A DNA stretch of 64,000 nt from an uncultured Eubacteriales bacterium (GTDB lineage Bacteria > Bacillota > Clostridia > Christensenellales > CAG-314), in NCBI GenBank assembly GCA_948938605.1, contig CARAIG010000061.1, positions 1,513 through 65,512 of the forward strand, in the 5' to 3' direction. Both the position numbers and the translations under genes were made by a program. Below are positions 27,820 through 37,226 of the stretch, piece by piece. Numbering within the stretch: the stretch's first letter is position 1; every line of letters starts with the position of its first letter. The notes beneath the pieces were generated by a model. That model was not told the DNA's origin. It saw only the letters and a program-made list of their open reading frames with translations, and did not search any database.

Positions 27820-29748
27820 ATGACAAAAAAGCCTTATTACATTACAACGCCCATTTACTATTCCAGCGGAAATTTCCATTTGGGACACTGCTACACAACC
27901 GTCATATGCGACGCAATAGCACGTTTCAAGCGAATGGACGGATTCGACGTATTTTACCTTACCGGTACCGACGAACACGGTCAAAAGGTGCAACAGCGCG
28001 CCGAAAAAGCGGGCGTTACTCCCAAAAAATTCGTGGACGATTTATACGAACAAATTGTTGCGTTGTGGAAGACATTAGATATATCCTACGACAAATTTAT
28101 CCGCACAACCGACAGTTACCACGAATTGACGGTACAAAAAGTTTACGAAAAATTACTTGCAAGCGGTGACATTTACAAGTCGGAGTACGAAGGACTTTAC
28201 TGCACTCCTTGCGAAGCGTTTTGGACCGAAAGCCAACTTGTAGACGGCAAATGTCCCGACTGCGGACGGGAAGTAATTAAGCAAAAGGAAGAAAGTTACT
28301 TTTTCCGTCTTAGCAAATACCAAGACCGTTTAATAAAGTTTTACGAACAAAACCCCGAATTTATAAGCCCTAAATCGCGTATGAACGAAATGATAAACAA
28401 TTTTATCAAGCCGGGACTTAAAGACTTGTGCATATCGCGTACCACTTTCGACTGGGGCGTAAAACTGCCGTTTGACCAAAAGCACGTTGCCTACGTGTGG
28501 GTGGACGCATTGACGAACTACATCACTGCGTTAGGTTATTTACAACCCGACCACGCCAACTTCGATAAATACTGGCCCGCCGATTTGCATATGGTAGGCA
28601 AGGAAATCGTACGTTTCCACACCATTATTTGGCCTGCGCTCCTTATGGCATTGGATTTGCCGCTGCCCAAAAAAGTATACGGGCACGGTTGGTTGCTGTT
28701 CGGCAACGACAAAATGAGCAAAAGCAAAGGCAACATTGTCGATCCGTTTTTCCTTGTAGACCGCTACGGCGTAGACCCTATACGTTACTTCCTTTTGCGC
28801 GAAATACCGTTTGGAAGCGACGGCAGTTACACTAACGAAGCGTTGCTTGTACGTACAAACGCCGATTTGGTCAACGACCTAGGCAACCTTGTAAGCCGTA
28901 CTACCGCTATGATTACGCAATACTTCGGCGGCGAAATCCCTTCGCCGAATACATATACCGATTTAGACAAGGAACTTATTTCCTTGTGCGAACAAACATT
29001 GAGCAAAGTCCGAACCGATATGGACAACTTGTCCGCACCTGACGCTTTAACGGACATTTTCCGCATAATACAGCGTGCCAACAAGTACATCGACGAAACC
29101 GCCCCTTGGACGTTAAACAAAAACGGCGACAAAGACCGTTTGGCAACCGTTATGTACGTTTTGGCGGAATGTATCCGTTTTGCCGCAACACTGCTTAAAC
29201 CGTTCATTACAAAAACGTCAAATATCATTTTCGAAAAATTAGGCATTGCAAGCCCCGACAACTTTAAAGGCATTGCAAAATTCGGCGGAACGGTTGCGGG
29301 AACAAAAGTCAACAAAGGGGAAAACTTGTTTAACCGCATAGACGTAAACAAGGAACTTAAAGAGTTAGACGAAATTGCCGAAAAACAAAATAAGCAAACA
29401 AAAGCCGACGAAAAAACCGCCGACGAATTGATAGACATCAACGACTTTGCAAAAGTAAAACTTGTTACAGCAAAAGTACTAAGTTGCGAAAAAGTTGCCA
29501 AAAGCGACAAACTGCTTGTGTTTAAACTGCAAGTCGGTGACGAAATCCGTCAAGTGGTAAGCGGCATTGCGCAGCACTACTCGCCCGAATATATGGTAGG
29601 TAAAACGGTAGTACTCGTTAAAAATTTAAAACCCGCAAAAATACGCGGAGTGGAAAGCAACGGTATGATACTGTGTTGCGACGACGACGGCAAGGTTGTG
29701 TTTGTTTCCCCCGAAAAGGAAGTTGCTTGCGGCAAGGTAGTACGCTAA
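27820..29748 (+). CDS. metG: Methionine--tRNA ligase with a C-terminal Trbp111/EMAP-like tRNA-binding domain
   Basis: PYYITTPIYYSSGNFHLGHCYT (HIGH), KMSKSKGN (KMSKS), a CPDC zinc knuckle, and C-terminal VKLVTAKVL...VVSGIAQHY. The start is at ATG 27820, after AAAGGAGG. Confidence 0.95.
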   Translation: MTKKPYYITTPIYYSSGNFHLGHCYTTVICDAIARFKRMDGFDVFYLTGTDEHGQKVQQRAEKAGVTPKKFVDDLYEQIVALWKTLDISYDKFIRTTDSYHELTVQKVYEKLLASGDIYKSEYEGLYCTPCEAFWTESQLVDGKCPDCGREVIKQKEESYFFRLSKYQDRLIKFYEQNPEFISPKSRMNEMINNFIKPGLKDLCISRTTFDWGVKLPFDQKHVAYVWVDALTNYITALGYLQPDHANFDKYWPADLHMVGKEIVRFHTIIWPALLMALDLPLPKKVYGHGWLLFGNDKMSKSKGNIVDPFFLVDRYGVDPIRYFLLREIPFGSDGSYTNEALLVRTNADLVNDLGNLVSRTTAMITQYFGGEIPSPNTYTDLDKELISLCEQTLSKVRTDMDNLSAPDALTDIFRIIQRANKYIDETAPWTLNKNGDKDRLATVMYVLAECIRFAATLLKPFITKTSNIIFEKLGIASPDNFKGIAKFGGTVAGTKVNKGENLFNRIDVNKELKELDEIAEKQNKQTKADEKTADELIDINDFAKVKLVTAKVLSCEKVAKSDKLLVFKLQVGDEIRQVVSGIAQHYSPEYMVGKTVVLVKNLKPAKIRGVESNGMILCCDDDGKVVFVSPEKEVACGKVVR

Positions 29749-30518
29749 TGATAGACAGCCACTTGCACCTTGACGACGAAAAGTTAAGGGATAACGCCGA
29801 ACAAATTATAAAAGGTTTGCACGAACACAACATCGAATTTGTAATAAACAACAGTTGCAATTTGCAGTCGATGATTGACAGCGTAGAACTTGCCAACAAG
29901 TACCACGACGTTTATGCAACAGTAGGTATGCACCCGCACGAAAGCAGCGACTTTAATGACAAGTTCCGCGCTTTAATGCGCCAACTTGCGCAAAACGACA
30001 AGGTTGTTGCCGTAGGCGAAATAGGACTAGACTACTACTACGACTTGTCCGACAGACAAACTCAAAGGGACGTTTTTGCCGAACAGATAGAAATTGCCGA
30101 CCAACTGGGATTGCCGATAACGCTGCACATACGCGACGCATACGGCGACGCTTGGGATATACTAACCGCACAAAAAAACCACTTAAACAACGGGGTGCTG
30201 TGGCACTGCTATTCCGGAAGCGCGGAATTTGCAAGGCAAGCAGTAAAGTTCGGACACTACTTTGCATTTGGCGGAGCAATAACTTTTAAAAATGCAAAAA
30301 AGGAAGATGTGTTGCAAGCAATTCCCTTTGACAGAATATTGTCCGAAACGGACAGTCCGTATATGGCGCCCGTACCACTACGCGGAAAAGTAAACACGCC
30401 GTACAACATTCCGCTAATCGTTGACAAAATAGCGGAAGTTTACGGAAAGTCTACGGAACAAACCGAAGCACAAATACGCGAAAACACACTGCGGCTTTTT
30501 AAAAAGATTGCGCGGTAA
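29748..30518 (+). CDS. tatD: TatD-family metal-dependent hydrolase/DNase
   Basis: MIDSHLHLDD...GEIGLDYYY...LHIRDA...ETDSPYMAP. TAATG overlaps the metG stop. metG-tatD(yabD) adjacency is conserved in Firmicutes. Confidence 0.9.
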   Translation: MIDSHLHLDDEKLRDNAEQIIKGLHEHNIEFVINNSCNLQSMIDSVELANKYHDVYATVGMHPHESSDFNDKFRALMRQLAQNDKVVAVGEIGLDYYYDLSDRQTQRDVFAEQIEIADQLGLPITLHIRDAYGDAWDILTAQKNHLNNGVLWHCYSGSAEFARQAVKFGHYFAFGGAITFKNAKKEDVLQAIPFDRILSETDSPYMAPVPLRGKVNTPYNIPLIVDKIAEVYGKSTEQTEAQIRENTLRLFKKIAR

Positions 30519-30803
30519 CCTTGAACAACATTTCGCCAAAGGACGGCGAATAAGGCGAGAGTCTAGCCACACTTTCTCGGCAATCTGGTAAAATACAAAT
30601 ACCAATTATTCTAGATTGCTTCGCTATGCTCGCAATGACGAACCGTAGCAAGCAAAAAACTGCTAACTAATAAGTTCTGCAATGTCACCACAATTACACA
30701 TTGCACATTAAAATAAGGATTTTGATGTTAGCAGTCGACCGAATATAACTAAAAGATAGTCAAAAAAATGCTAACCGAAATTACGTATTAAAAAGGTATA
30801 ACT

Positions 30804-31397
30804 ATGAATAACTACGTATACATTTTAGGAAATAAAATATACATCAACCTTACAAACCGCTGCACAAACAACTGCGACTTTTGCATACGTCGCGACCACA
30901 AGGATATGGACGGAACGGTACTGTGGATAGACGACGAACCCACCGTCGAAGACGTAATCGAACAGTTACCGCAAAACATTGACGAATATGACAGCGAAAT
31001 AGTCTTTTGCGGATACGGCGAACCGACAATCAATTTGGAAACGTTGGACGAAGTTGCAAGTTACCTACATTGCATCGACAAAACAACGCGGATAAACACT
31101 AACGGGCAAGCAAACCTTATACACAACAAAGACGTCACCGACGTAATAGTTACAAGTTGTGATATAATAAACGTGTCGCTGAACGAAAGCAACGCACAAA
31201 AGTATCAACAACACTGTCACAGCAAATTCGGCGAAAAAGCGTACGACGCATTGATTGAATTTGCTAAACTGTGTAAACAGCGCGGCGGTAACGTTGTGTT
31301 TTCCGTCGTTGACAGCATTGGCGAACACGACGTTGCCGAGTGTCAAAAACTCGCCGACAAACTCGGCATACCCCTTAGAGTGCGCGAAAAGAAATAG
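30804..31397 (+). CDS. Small radical SAM protein of the TatD-associated type
   Basis: 197 aa with NLTNRCTNNCDFCIRRD (CxxxCxxC), located directly downstream of tatD. Confidence 0.8.
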   Translation: MNNYVYILGNKIYINLTNRCTNNCDFCIRRDHKDMDGTVLWIDDEPTVEDVIEQLPQNIDEYDSEIVFCGYGEPTINLETLDEVASYLHCIDKTTRINTNGQANLIHNKDVTDVIVTSCDIINVSLNESNAQKYQQHCHSKFGEKAYDALIEFAKLCKQRGGNVVFSVVDSIGEHDVAECQKLADKLGIPLRVREKK

Positions 31398-31410
31398 CAT
31401 TTGCAAAAAC

Positions 31411-31447
31411 AAACAGTTCCGTCGTTATAAAGACGGAACTGTTTTTC
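31411..31447. terminator. Bidirectional intrinsic terminator between convergent genes
   Basis: Perfect 13-bp stem AAACAGTTCCGTC / GACGGAACTGTTT with an 8-nt loop, an A-run before it and a T-run after it. Confidence 0.7.
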
Positions 31448-31541
31448 TATTGTCGTCCTTTGCAACAAAACTACCGAGCGGCTGTCGAGCAAAGACGATT
31501 TTTATTAGTTGTCAATGCATATTTTGGACTTGCAAATACGG

Positions 31542-32336
31542 CTACGCGGCTTTTACCGTAAATTCAACGGTACACACGACGTTTGAGTAATTATGTGTGC
31601 CTAACATATCGAAAAGCACCAAAACGTAATCGCCGGGACGGTATTTGTAACTCATACTTACGTCGTAACCGCAAATAACATTATCTTGATACCTGCCCGT
31701 TTGAGCATCGAAATAGATCGTCCACAAAGACTCGGCGTTGTATTTTTCGTCGCCAAGCGTATTGTAAAAATCCTTTTTAAATCCCAAGTAATCCAACGAA
31801 CCGATGCGTATGTTTGTGTCGTCGGGCGACAAACTGCTGTCTGTTGTCGGCGCAACTATTTTCCCTTCGGGGTTGCGAAGTTCTATTAACGACATATCCT
31901 CGCCATACGTCCAACTTGTACTTTTAAGTTTAGCGGTAAACTTGCCCGAAGCAGATTGCTCGATATAAAATGCAACTTCACAGTTTCGGTCTTTATATCC
32001 GTACTTAATCGACCATGTACCGACCGTCAGTTTAGAAGGCTTTTTAGTGTACGTATCACCGTTTTCGTCCTCGTAAACTGCGGTGAGTTTAGAAAATTTT
32101 ATTTCGCGTTTTTCACCGTTTTCGTCCACGCCGAAAAACTTTAACTTTTTAATATCGGATATTATTGCGCCGTCGTTTCCGTAAGTATATTCACCGATTT
32201 CAATAAAATCTTCCGCCGATTCTGCAGTTTCTCCAACAAGCAACGCCGTAATAGGACCGTCGTCACAAGCGGTAAATATCGACAAACATGTTGATAAACA
32301 CAATATCAAAGTTAAGATAAACACAATTTTTTTCAT
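31542..32336 (-). CDS. Lipoprotein of unknown function
   Basis: Start set at MKKIVFILTLILCLSTCLSIFTAC (lipobox), with GGAG upstream. The promoter lies inside the track's longer N-terminal extension. Confidence 0.7.
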   Translation of the reverse strand: MKKIVFILTLILCLSTCLSIFTACDDGPITALLVGETAESAEDFIEIGEYTYGNDGAIISDIKKLKFFGVDENGEKREIKFSKLTAVYEDENGDTYTKKPSKLTVGTWSIKYGYKDRNCEVAFYIEQSASGKFTAKLKSTSWTYGEDMSLIELRNPEGKIVAPTTDSSLSPDDTNIRIGSLDYLGFKKDFYNTLGDEKYNAESLWTIYFDAQTGRYQDNVICGYDVSMSYKYRPGDYVLVLFDMLGTHNYSNVVCTVEFTVKAA

Positions 32337-32364
32337 ATTATCTACACTCCGCTTTTTTAAATTA

Positions 32365-32393
32365 AGTATAAACACTTGACTGCAAAATGTCAA
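32365..32393 (-). promoter_or_regulatory. Promoter of the lipoprotein gene: TTGACA, 17 nt, TATACT
   Basis: Read on the minus strand as TTGACATTTTGCAGTCAAGTGTTTATACT. Confidence 0.55.
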
Positions 32394-32497
32394 TACTTTC
32401 GTTATATACCCAACACAACCGCTTGCGCCCATTGCCGATATTACTAAATGATATTCCGCAAATTTTAGTCGTTTAGTAAATAAAAAATTACAAACAG

Positions 32498-32526
32498 TTG
32501 CAAAAGTTATACAAATAAAGTAAAAT
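32498..32526 (+). promoter_or_regulatory. queH promoter: TTGCAA, 17 nt, TAAAAT, ending 6 nt before the ATG
   Basis: TTGCAAAAGTTATACAAATAAAGTAAAAT, then TTTAGT, then ATG. No SD is present. Confidence 0.5.
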
Positions 32527-32532
32527 TTTAGT

Positions 32533-33180
32533 ATGAATGTAAACTACGATATTTTGTTTGAACAATTTAAAAACGGAATTGACGTAAACAATCCCCCAAA
32601 ATTACTGCTGCACGCGTGTTGCGCGCCCTGTTCTACTGCGTGCCTTGTGCGCGTGTTGGACAAATTTGACGTGACGCTGTACTACGCCAACGACAACATT
32701 ACCGACAACGCCGAGTGGCAAAAGCGTTTGAACGAATTAATTAAACTCGTCGACACAGTAAACGGCGGACGTTTCGAAACGCAACCGCTACGCCCGTTAA
32801 AATTAGTCGTACAACCGTTTAATGCGCAAAAGTATTACTCTGCCGTACAAGGGCAGGAAAAAGAACGCGAAGGCGGCGTACGGTGCAATACGTGTTTTTA
32901 CTTGCGGCTGTCCGATACGCTCGAATATGCCATAAATAACGGATTCAATCTGTTTAGTACAACGCTATCCGTTTCCCCCTACAAAAACAGTCAACTGTTA
33001 AACGAAATAGGATTGTCGTTACAAACGGACGATGTCAAGTGGTTACCCGCCGACTTTAAAAAGCGGGACGGCTACAAGGAAAGCATACGGCTGTCAAACA
33101 AATACAACCTTTACCGTCAGCACTACTGCGGTTGCGAATTTTCCTTAAAACAAATGCAAGAATACAAAAATGCCGATTGA
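32533..33180 (+). CDS. queH: Epoxyqueuosine reductase QueH (DUF208 family)
   Basis: LLLHACCAPCSTACL, YYANDNI, RCNTCFYLRL, STTLSVSPYKNS and YRQHYCGCEFS match the QueH Cys pattern. Confidence 0.85.
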   Translation: MNVNYDILFEQFKNGIDVNNPPKLLLHACCAPCSTACLVRVLDKFDVTLYYANDNITDNAEWQKRLNELIKLVDTVNGGRFETQPLRPLKLVVQPFNAQKYYSAVQGQEKEREGGVRCNTCFYLRLSDTLEYAINNGFNLFSTTLSVSPYKNSQLLNEIGLSLQTDDVKWLPADFKKRDGYKESIRLSNKYNLYRQHYCGCEFSLKQMQEYKNAD

Positions 33181-33206
33181 GTTTCAACCCAATCGGCGTT
33201 TTGTTT
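33172..33206 (+). terminator. Probable queH terminator
   Basis: GCCGATTG, a 10-nt loop, CAATCGGC, then GTTTTGTTT. The 5' arm overlaps the stop codon. Confidence 0.5.
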
Positions 33207-33279
33207 ATCCATTATAGCAAAGTTATACAAATATACGTTAAGTCCTTGCCTTAATCATTATAAATATACTAATATTCTG

Positions 33280-34194
33280 TTACTCGGTGATTTCGCCGCA
33301 ACATTTATTCAACAGTTCGCCTTGACCGTTTACTTGCGCCAACACGTAGGACTCGGCATTTAAATTAATAACGATATCGGCAATCGCCACAAAACTCAAC
33401 CCTACAAATACGCCCATAAATTTATTTATTAGCATTGCCACAAGCGTAAAGCATACGGACAACGCAAATATTACAAGGTTTGCAAGCATATACAAGCAAG
33501 CGTTTTTAATATTTACCGCTTTGGCGAAAGGTATCTTTTTGCAGCCGTAAAGCAAATACGCTTGTACAAGTGCAATCATTCCAAACAGGCACATACCGAC
33601 TAAAATTGTAAAGATAATGCTGTATACCCACAAAGTGTACAAAAATACCGCCAAAATAACCGCGCCCGCCGCTAATAGCGAATTTACAAAGTACGCTAAA
33701 ATAAATCTCCACAGCGAACGCCTTGCAATATCGCGTCTGATTAAAAACCTTATAAGCGCAAATCCCGCAATAAAACCCAGCACCCAAAATACAAAAAACA
33801 CCGCTACGTTAAACGAAACGGCTTGCAAAAACTCACTTACAAAACTTGCAATTTGCGCTTTAAATGTTTCGAAATCCGTACCCAGTATTGCGCTAAGCGA
33901 CTGTGTCAACGTATTGTTAAGCCATTCGGACGACAACATAGTTTCAAGCGACTCGACGGGTTTGTTCCAATCGAGCGCTTGCACCGACTGCCAAACGTTA
34001 TTGACCAATAGCGACAAATCCAAATTGATGTTTTGCGAAAGTTCGCCTATTTCGTCGATTAAAACGGTTGCTGCGGAAATTACCCCCGGTACAAGTATAG
34101 ACACGCCTATCATTATACCCAAAAACATTGTTCCGAGCGGAGTAAAAAAGTACTTTAAACTTTTAAAATAATTTGTTAAACATTTTTTTATCAT
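33280..34194 (-). CDS. Polytopic membrane protein of unknown function
   Basis: 304 aa with about 6-7 hydrophobic helices. I recognised no family motif. Confidence 0.7.
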   Translation of the reverse strand: MIKKCLTNYFKSLKYFFTPLGTMFLGIMIGVSILVPGVISAATVLIDEIGELSQNINLDLSLLVNNVWQSVQALDWNKPVESLETMLSSEWLNNTLTQSLSAILGTDFETFKAQIASFVSEFLQAVSFNVAVFFVFWVLGFIAGFALIRFLIRRDIARRSLWRFILAYFVNSLLAAGAVILAVFLYTLWVYSIIFTILVGMCLFGMIALVQAYLLYGCKKIPFAKAVNIKNACLYMLANLVIFALSVCFTLVAMLINKFMGVFVGLSFVAIADIVINLNAESYVLAQVNGQGELLNKCCGEITE

Positions 34195-34200
34195 AAGTTA

Positions 34201-34229
34201 ATTATAAACGAACGCACGCAAACCGTCAA
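34201..34229 (-). promoter_or_regulatory. Near-consensus promoter TTGACG, 17 nt, TATAAT, ending 6 nt before the ATG of the membrane-protein gene
   Basis: On the minus strand, TTGACGGTTTGCGTGCGTTCGTTTATAAT, then TAACTT, then ATG. No SD is present. Confidence 0.6.
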
Positions 34230-34394
34230 CACTTAGCAGCGGCACATACAGTTATTCTTTGCTGATACGTATTAAATGTACACACAACGTAATTCAAAAA
34301 TATTACGTCGGTAATATTCGACCGTTATTCAAATTATATTAACTTTGCAACAGTAACAAAAAATAACTCGAAAAAAGCAATTCCCATAGAAATT

Positions 34395-34425
34395 AAAGAG
34401 CGAAGACAAATTCTTCGCTCTTTTT
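34395..34425 (-). terminator. Intrinsic terminator after the methyltransferase gene
   Basis: 9-bp stem AGAGCGAAG / CTTCGCTCT flanked by A and T runs. Confidence 0.6.
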
Positions 34426-34473
34426 AATTGCCCGCAATGTTTAGCAACTGCTTAAATAAATTGTAATTTGCTA

Positions 34474-35214
34474 TCAACTACATTCATATATAAACATATC
34501 CGAATTGTTATCGGTAGCAAGTTCTTTATTAAATGACGAATAAACCGTTACATTTGTAAAGCCTATGTTATATAAATGCGGCTCTATTTCGCCAAATCTA
34601 TAAAGGTGTGTTTGAAAGTCCATTTCTTCACGTTGTAATAAAGTGTTATTGTCATACAACTCATAAATGCTCGGTGAATATTGCGTACCGGTTTTTTCGT
34701 CATAATAGTTTTTACACTTTAATATTAGGTCAAAGCCTTCTGCTGTTTTTACGCTTTTGACTAATTTATATTCTTCATCATCCGAACACTTGCCGGCAAT
34801 CGTATCGACCGCAAAAACAAATTTACCGCCGGTTTTGAGTAAACTTTTTATTTTACATAGAATTTTTTTACACAGTTCCATATCGGTAAATAATGAAACC
34901 GAGCCCGAAGAAATAAATATGTAATCAAATTTTTGCGTTGAATTATATGTCAATATATTGCAAAGATATGCTTTTGCGTCGGGTGCTTTTTCTTTTAATT
35001 TCGCTAGCATTTCCGCCGACAAATCCACGCCGCTTATATCAAAACCTTTTTGTAAAAACGGCACTAAAAATCTTCCACTACCGCATAACGGCTCGAAAAT
35101 CAACGCGTCTTTTTTTGCATACGAAAGATAAAACGCAAGTTCATCTTGCGGTGCGTTTTGATGCAATACTTCATACATTTCGGTACATAAACTACCGTAA
35201 TAATTCTTTTCCAT
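34474..35214 (-). CDS. Class I SAM-dependent methyltransferase
   Basis: 246 aa. Motif I is IFEPLCGSGRF and the post-I acidic residue is VDLS. The start is uncertain because there is no clear SD. Confidence 0.85.
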   Translation of the reverse strand: MEKNYYGSLCTEMYEVLHQNAPQDELAFYLSYAKKDALIFEPLCGSGRFLVPFLQKGFDISGVDLSAEMLAKLKEKAPDAKAYLCNILTYNSTQKFDYIFISSGSVSLFTDMELCKKILCKIKSLLKTGGKFVFAVDTIAGKCSDDEEYKLVKSVKTAEGFDLILKCKNYYDEKTGTQYSPSIYELYDNNTLLQREEMDFQTHLYRFGEIEPHLYNIGFTNVTVYSSFNKELATDNNSDMFIYECS

Positions 35215-35432
35215 TTTGTTGCCCGTAAATTGCTGCTTATATTTTGGATATTATACAACAACTGAATTAAAAAGTAAAATATAAGCATACCGACTTGATA
35301 GCAAAGTATAATATGCTATACTTATATTTTGTAGAAATTCCATTTGGGAACTGCTGTAAAATTTCGAGTAGTTTTTTGTTTGCTATATTTTACTGTACGA
35401 CAGTTGTGCTAAACTTACACGTTTCGGTGCAA

Positions 35433-37226
35433 TCACTTTAACAGTTCGTATTGACTGTTGTATATTTTGGTATAAAAACCGTTTTTAGCCATAAGTTGCA
35501 AGTGCGTACCTTGTTCGACCACTTCGCCGTTGTTTATTACCAAAATCACATCGGCGTTGACTATTGTAGACAACCTGTGCGCTATAACGAAACTCGTACG
35601 TCCGCGCAACAGTTCATCCATTGCCTTTTGTATAAGTATTTCGGAACGCGTGTCGACATTGCTTGTGGCTTCGTCAAGTATCAACATTTTGCGGTTGGCA
35701 AGATAACTCCTTGCAATGGTTAACAACTGCTTTTGTCCGCTGCTTATGTTTGTGCTTTCTTCGTTTATTACCGTATCGTACCCGTTGGGCAACGTACGTA
35801 TAAAGTGGTCGGCGCGCGCGTGTTTTGCCGCTTCAACGACTTCGTCGTAAGTAGCGTTATCGCTACCGTATGCGATATTGTCGTAAACGGTGCCGTTAAA
35901 CAGCCAAGTATCCTGCAACACCATACCGAATTGCCCGCGCAATTTTGCCCTGTCCATTGATGCGGTATCGACACCGTCGATAGTAATTGTACCGCTGTCA
36001 ATATCGTAAAAACGCATAAGTAAATTGACGATTGTGGTTTTTCCGCCGCCCGTAGGACCAACCAGAGCAACCTTTTGCCCTGCTTTTACTTTTAAATTTA
36101 AATCCTTAATAAGCGGTTTGTCCTTGTCGTAAGCAAAGTATACATGACTAAACTCCACTTCGCCCTGCCCTTGCGGTTCATCTTGCGAAACAGCAACGGA
36201 CATTTCTTCCGTATCCAACAAATTGTACACGCGGTTAGCGCAAGCAAGAGTATGCTGAATGGAGCCCATCCCGTTAGCAATGCTTTCCAACGGTCCTGCA
36301 AACATCTTGGCGAACAGTATTATTTTAATTACATCGCCGACGCTTACCACACCGTTTACGGCAAGTATACCGCCTGCGATACAAACTGCCACATACGCTA
36401 TGTTATTAGTAAAAGCGATTATAGGCTGAACAAGTCCCGACAAGTAGTACGCGCGTTTTACCTTGGCGCGGTAGGTTGCCGAGATGTCGTTACAAATTGC
36501 ACGCTGACGTTCTTCCAAATTAAACGCTTTAACGGTGTCGAAGCCGCTGTAATCTTCCTCGATGAACGCATACATTTGTCCGTTGACTTTGCGGAAGTCG
36601 TGCCAGCTTTTTTCGCTTTTGGAGGAAATAAACGCCGACAACGCTATGGATAAAGGTACTAATACGATTACGGCGGTTGCAAGTATCCAGTTAGTCATAT
36701 ACATTAATACGGCTATAACAATTATCTTGACTATTCCGTTCATTAGCGTTTCGATAATAACGTACACCGTATTAGACATATTGCTTACGTCGTTCATCAT
36801 ACGGGACAGTAATTCGCCGTTAGGGGTATTATCCACAAAACTTACCGGCAAGCGGCGGATTTTGTCGCTTATGCGTATACGCAAACCTTTTGTGTAAAAC
36901 CGCGAAGCAATATTCGTCATAAGCACCGCCATTGCCATTTCCAACATAGATCCGCCGACATACGCTAACGCTAAATAAACAGCAAGGTCGCCCATACGTT
37001 TTATATCTATCGGTGTTCCTTTGTCACCGAAGTCGTAAATCATATCAGTCATAATACTGACTATTTCCGGCGCAATGCTTATTAAAGCCACCGAACAAAT
37101 ACATACAACGCCGCTTATTGCTATTGCCCAAGCAATGGGTTTTAAATCGCGCACAAGCCGTTTGACTGTCTTCCAAGCGGACGGTTTGTTTTGCGTTGTT
37201 TCTTTAACGGAAGTTGACTTACTCAC
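35433..37226 (-). CDS. ABC exporter half-transporter (TMD-NBD) with a canonical ATPase site
   Basis: 597 aa. Walker A GPTGGGKTT, signature SSGQKQ, Walker B LILDEATS (catalytic E), H-loop IAHRLST. The GTG start has GGAGG 8 nt upstream and overlaps the preceding gene. Confidence 0.9.
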   Translation of the reverse strand: MSKSTSVKETTQNKPSAWKTVKRLVRDLKPIAWAIAISGVVCICSVALISIAPEIVSIMTDMIYDFGDKGTPIDIKRMGDLAVYLALAYVGGSMLEMAMAVLMTNIASRFYTKGLRIRISDKIRRLPVSFVDNTPNGELLSRMMNDVSNMSNTVYVIIETLMNGIVKIIVIAVLMYMTNWILATAVIVLVPLSIALSAFISSKSEKSWHDFRKVNGQMYAFIEEDYSGFDTVKAFNLEERQRAICNDISATYRAKVKRAYYLSGLVQPIIAFTNNIAYVAVCIAGGILAVNGVVSVGDVIKIILFAKMFAGPLESIANGMGSIQHTLACANRVYNLLDTEEMSVAVSQDEPQGQGEVEFSHVYFAYDKDKPLIKDLNLKVKAGQKVALVGPTGGGKTTIVNLLMRFYDIDSGTITIDGVDTASMDRAKLRGQFGMVLQDTWLFNGTVYDNIAYGSDNATYDEVVEAAKHARADHFIRTLPNGYDTVINEESTNISSGQKQLLTIARSYLANRKMLILDEATSNVDTRSEILIQKAMDELLRGRTSFVIAHRLSTIVNADVILVINNGEVVEQGTHLQLMAKNGFYTKIYNSQYELLK

